Below are positions 61,793 to 64,000 of a DNA stretch of 64,000 nt, one piece after another; position 1 is the stretch's first letter; every line of letters begins with the position of its first letter. The notes beneath the pieces were generated by a model that searched no databases, had not been told where the DNA came from, and saw only the letters and a list, made by a program, of their open reading frames with translations. The DNA is from a virus (lineage: Duplodnaviria > Caudoviricetes), in the IMG/VR virus record IMGVR_UViG_3300028549_000365, positions 64,001 to 128,000 of that record, one strand, 5' to 3'. Both the position numbers and the translations under genes were made by a program.

Positions 61793-62086
61793 ATGTTAAA
61801 AGATATTAGACTAAAGGATCTATCCAAGTGTTTAATAGCAGATAATCTAGGGATAACTTTTAATTCACAAATAGAGTACGGTGAGAATGCTATACATATA
61901 AAAACGGTTTATGACGACAGATCAGATACTAATGTATATGATATAGCTACAAGTGTTGAAATATTTAAATTATTAAATATCGAGGAAACACTTGTACCGA
62001 TACATTGCCAAGTTATAGATTGTGTTATTAATATAGTGAGAATTGACGTAGTGGTTATTATACCGATACAACAAATACAAGACTAA
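61793..62086 (+). CDS. Hypothetical protein
   Basis: Operon ORF, 97 aa. Confidence 0.55.
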   Translation: MLKDIRLKDLSKCLIADNLGITFNSQIEYGENAIHIKTVYDDRSDTNVYDIATSVEIFKLLNIEETLVPIHCQVIDCVINIVRIDVVVIIPIQQIQD

Positions 62087-62096
62087 AGGGGAAAAT

Positions 62097-62678
62097 ATGA
62101 ATAAAAAAAAAACACCAGCAGAATTAATGCTAACAGAAGCAGAAGCTACAATACTTTTTAATATAGATCAATCTATAAAAAATAAGTTAAAGTTACCGCA
62201 AGCTTATTATGGAGATGTAAAATCGTATCATTCAGAAGTAATCAAAACGTGTAATTCTTTAACTAAGTTAAGAACTAAACTATTAAAATATTCTGTCTTG
62301 GAAAAGAAAGTACATACACACTTAAAACAGTTAACAGACTTTAAGAAGGAGCTACACGCATTAGCTATTAAGGAGCGAAGTGAGTTAAAACTTGAAAAAG
62401 AAGAAGCTGCTATTATTAAAAAATATAAAGCCGAAGATTTTTCTAATCGCAATAAAGAACGTTTAATAAAAGCACATAAAACTATTAAAGCGGCGAAGGA
62501 TATATCTTATAGTAGATATCAAGCTGAGGAATTAATATGCATGTTGACAGGACGTAAACGCCCGGTAGATAATGGTTATTATAGCTTAAGAAAAACTCTG
62601 GATGATGCAGACGTATTTTACGACTCAACTACAGGCAAACATGTTAGATTAGTAGAGGTAACAGAAACAGATAACTAA
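62097..62678 (+). CDS. Hypothetical basic coiled-coil protein
   Basis: AAGGGG RBS; ends in a terminator hairpin. Confidence 0.7.
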   Translation: MNKKKTPAELMLTEAEATILFNIDQSIKNKLKLPQAYYGDVKSYHSEVIKTCNSLTKLRTKLLKYSVLEKKVHTHLKQLTDFKKELHALAIKERSELKLEKEEAAIIKKYKAEDFSNRNKERLIKAHKTIKAAKDISYSRYQAEELICMLTGRKRPVDNGYYSLRKTLDDADVFYDSTTGKHVRLVEVTETDN

Positions 62679-62712
62679 GATAGAGTAATACTCTATCTTA
62701 GGATATTTTTTT
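62676..62712 (+). terminator. Intrinsic terminator-like hairpin
   Basis: taagatagagt-aat-actctatctta followed shortly by a T-run. Confidence 0.65.
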
Positions 62713-62757
62713 TATTTAAAACGACGGATATGCTTGATAATAAGATAAGGAATAAAT

Positions 62758-64000
62758 ATGAAAATAGTTAAATTTGTATTACATAGATACAAGAGAGTAT
62801 TTCTTAGTGACATTGAAACTATAGAATATGAACCTAAAGATAACTTACAGATTATTCTAGGTAGTAATGGAAGTGGTAAAAGTAGTTTACTAAGTCAGTT
62901 GAATCCTTTACCAGGTAATTTAACTAAAGACTATAGAGATGGTGGTTATAAATATATAGAGATAGAACATGCAGGTAAGTATTATAAACTTATGAGTGGT
63001 GTTAACGGTACTAAGAGTCATAGTTTTATAATGGATGGTATAGAATATAACATAGGTGGGACTATAAGTGTACAAGCAGAGCTAGTTAGAAATCATTTTA
63101 ACATAGATGTTAATAAACTTAATGTTATAATAGGGTTAAATAAGTTTACGAATATGAGTCCTACGGAAAGAAAAAGATGGATAACTGAGATAAGTGACGT
63201 TGATTATAGTTATAGTATAGGTGTTTATAATAAACTTAAAAGTAGACATAGAGATATATTAGGCGGTATTAAGTTAACACAAAGTAATATAGTTAAACTT
63301 GAGAGTGAGACTCTAAGTGATAGTGAGATAGATAAGTTAAACTTAGATATAAAATATGTTAGTGGTTTAATAGAACACATACTTAAACTTATAAGTAATG
63401 TTACTGTTAAAGTAGATATAAATAAAACTATAGATGAGATAGGTGTTTTAACCAATCGTCTTAACAGTAATAACATAGATATGGATGTTAAGTTTATAGA
63501 ACAACAGATAACTACAGAGAATGTTAGGATAGAGGGGTTTAGCAAACGCATAGAGACCATAACTAATAATATTGATATGTTGGGTAAAGTAAGTAGTTTA
63601 GACATCGTAGAGGTTGATAATAAACTAGATGATGTTAACAATAGAATAAGATATATAGAGAGTGATATTTATCTTAAAGAAGACTTAGGTGTTCTGTATA
63701 GATATATGTTAGATAACTATAGTGAAATAGTTGGATTAGTTACTGAACTAGGAGAATATAGGTTAGATAGTAATCCAACTATATATAACGGATTAGTTAG
63801 TAAACTAGACGAACTTAAGAACAGTAGAAATAGACTTAACAATAGTTTATTAGTTCTAGATAGGGATATTAAAAACCAAGAAGATCTTTATAAAGATGAT
63901 AACAAGATAGTATGTGTAAACTGTAATCATACATGGCATAAAGGATATGACCCTAATCGACTAGATAACTTTAAAAAAGAGAAAGAAAACTTACTAACTA
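62758..64000 (+). CDS. sbcC: SbcC/Rad50-like SMC ATPase, 3'-truncated by the window edge (not in the ORF track)
   Basis: ATG at 62758 after AAGGA. Reads MKIVKFVLHRYKR...ILGSNGSGKSS (Walker A), coiled coil, and an in-frame zinc hook CVNC near 63913. Confidence 0.85.
   Translation, partial: MKIVKFVLHRYKRVFLSDIETIEYEPKDNLQIILGSNGSGKSSLLSQLNPLPGNLTKDYRDGGYKYIEIEHAGKYYKLMSGVNGTKSHSFIMDGIEYNIGGTISVQAELVRNHFNIDVNKLNVIIGLNKFTNMSPTERKRWITEISDVDYSYSIGVYNKLKSRHRDILGGIKLTQSNIVKLESETLSDSEIDKLNLDIKYVSGLIEHILKLISNVTVKVDINKTIDEIGVLTNRLNSNNIDMDVKFIEQQITTENVRIEGFSKRIETITNNIDMLGKVSSLDIVEVDNKLDDVNNRIRYIESDIYLKEDLGVLYRYMLDNYSEIVGLVTELGEYRLDSNPTIYNGLVSKLDELKNSRNRLNNSLLVLDRDIKNQEDLYKDDNKIVCVNCNHTWHKGYDPNRLDNFKKEKENLLT

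Noticed and set aside
1-64000. tRNA genes, stop-codon reassignment, and chimallin
   Set aside because: No cloverleaf or TTCGA-type T-arm noticed by eye (tRNAscan not run). Conserved genes are full length with TAA, TAG and TGA all used as stops. No ORF shows chimallin features that I can recognise.

Overview
AT-rich (about 30% GC by eye), gene-dense 64 kb segment of a phiKZ-related jumbo myophage (Chimalliviridae-like), read with the standard genetic code. It encodes PhuZ tubulin, three split virion RNA polymerase subunits plus a probable non-virion RNAP subunit, a family B DNA polymerase, UvsX, RNase H, RuvC-like and SbcC-like proteins, portal, prohead protease, tail sheath and tube, a ~2600-aa tape-measure-like protein with two muralytic domains, a holin candidate, two-component spanins, a dimeric dUTPase and a secreted SNase. 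Main result: a 1778-nt group I intron (27782-29559) splits the catalytic DFDGD motif of the RNAP beta-prime subunit. Both splice sites can be read from the sequence. The intron's endonuclease seems to have lost its catalytic Asp, and a free-standing HNH gene is coupled to the end of exon 2. Other observations: two candidate phage promoter motifs, many long perfect palindromes at gene ends, and a GC-rich structured intergenic element next to a stand-alone sigma-70 region-4 protein. All family assignments are from remembered motifs and synteny; no database search was run. The chimallin gene was not recognised in this window.
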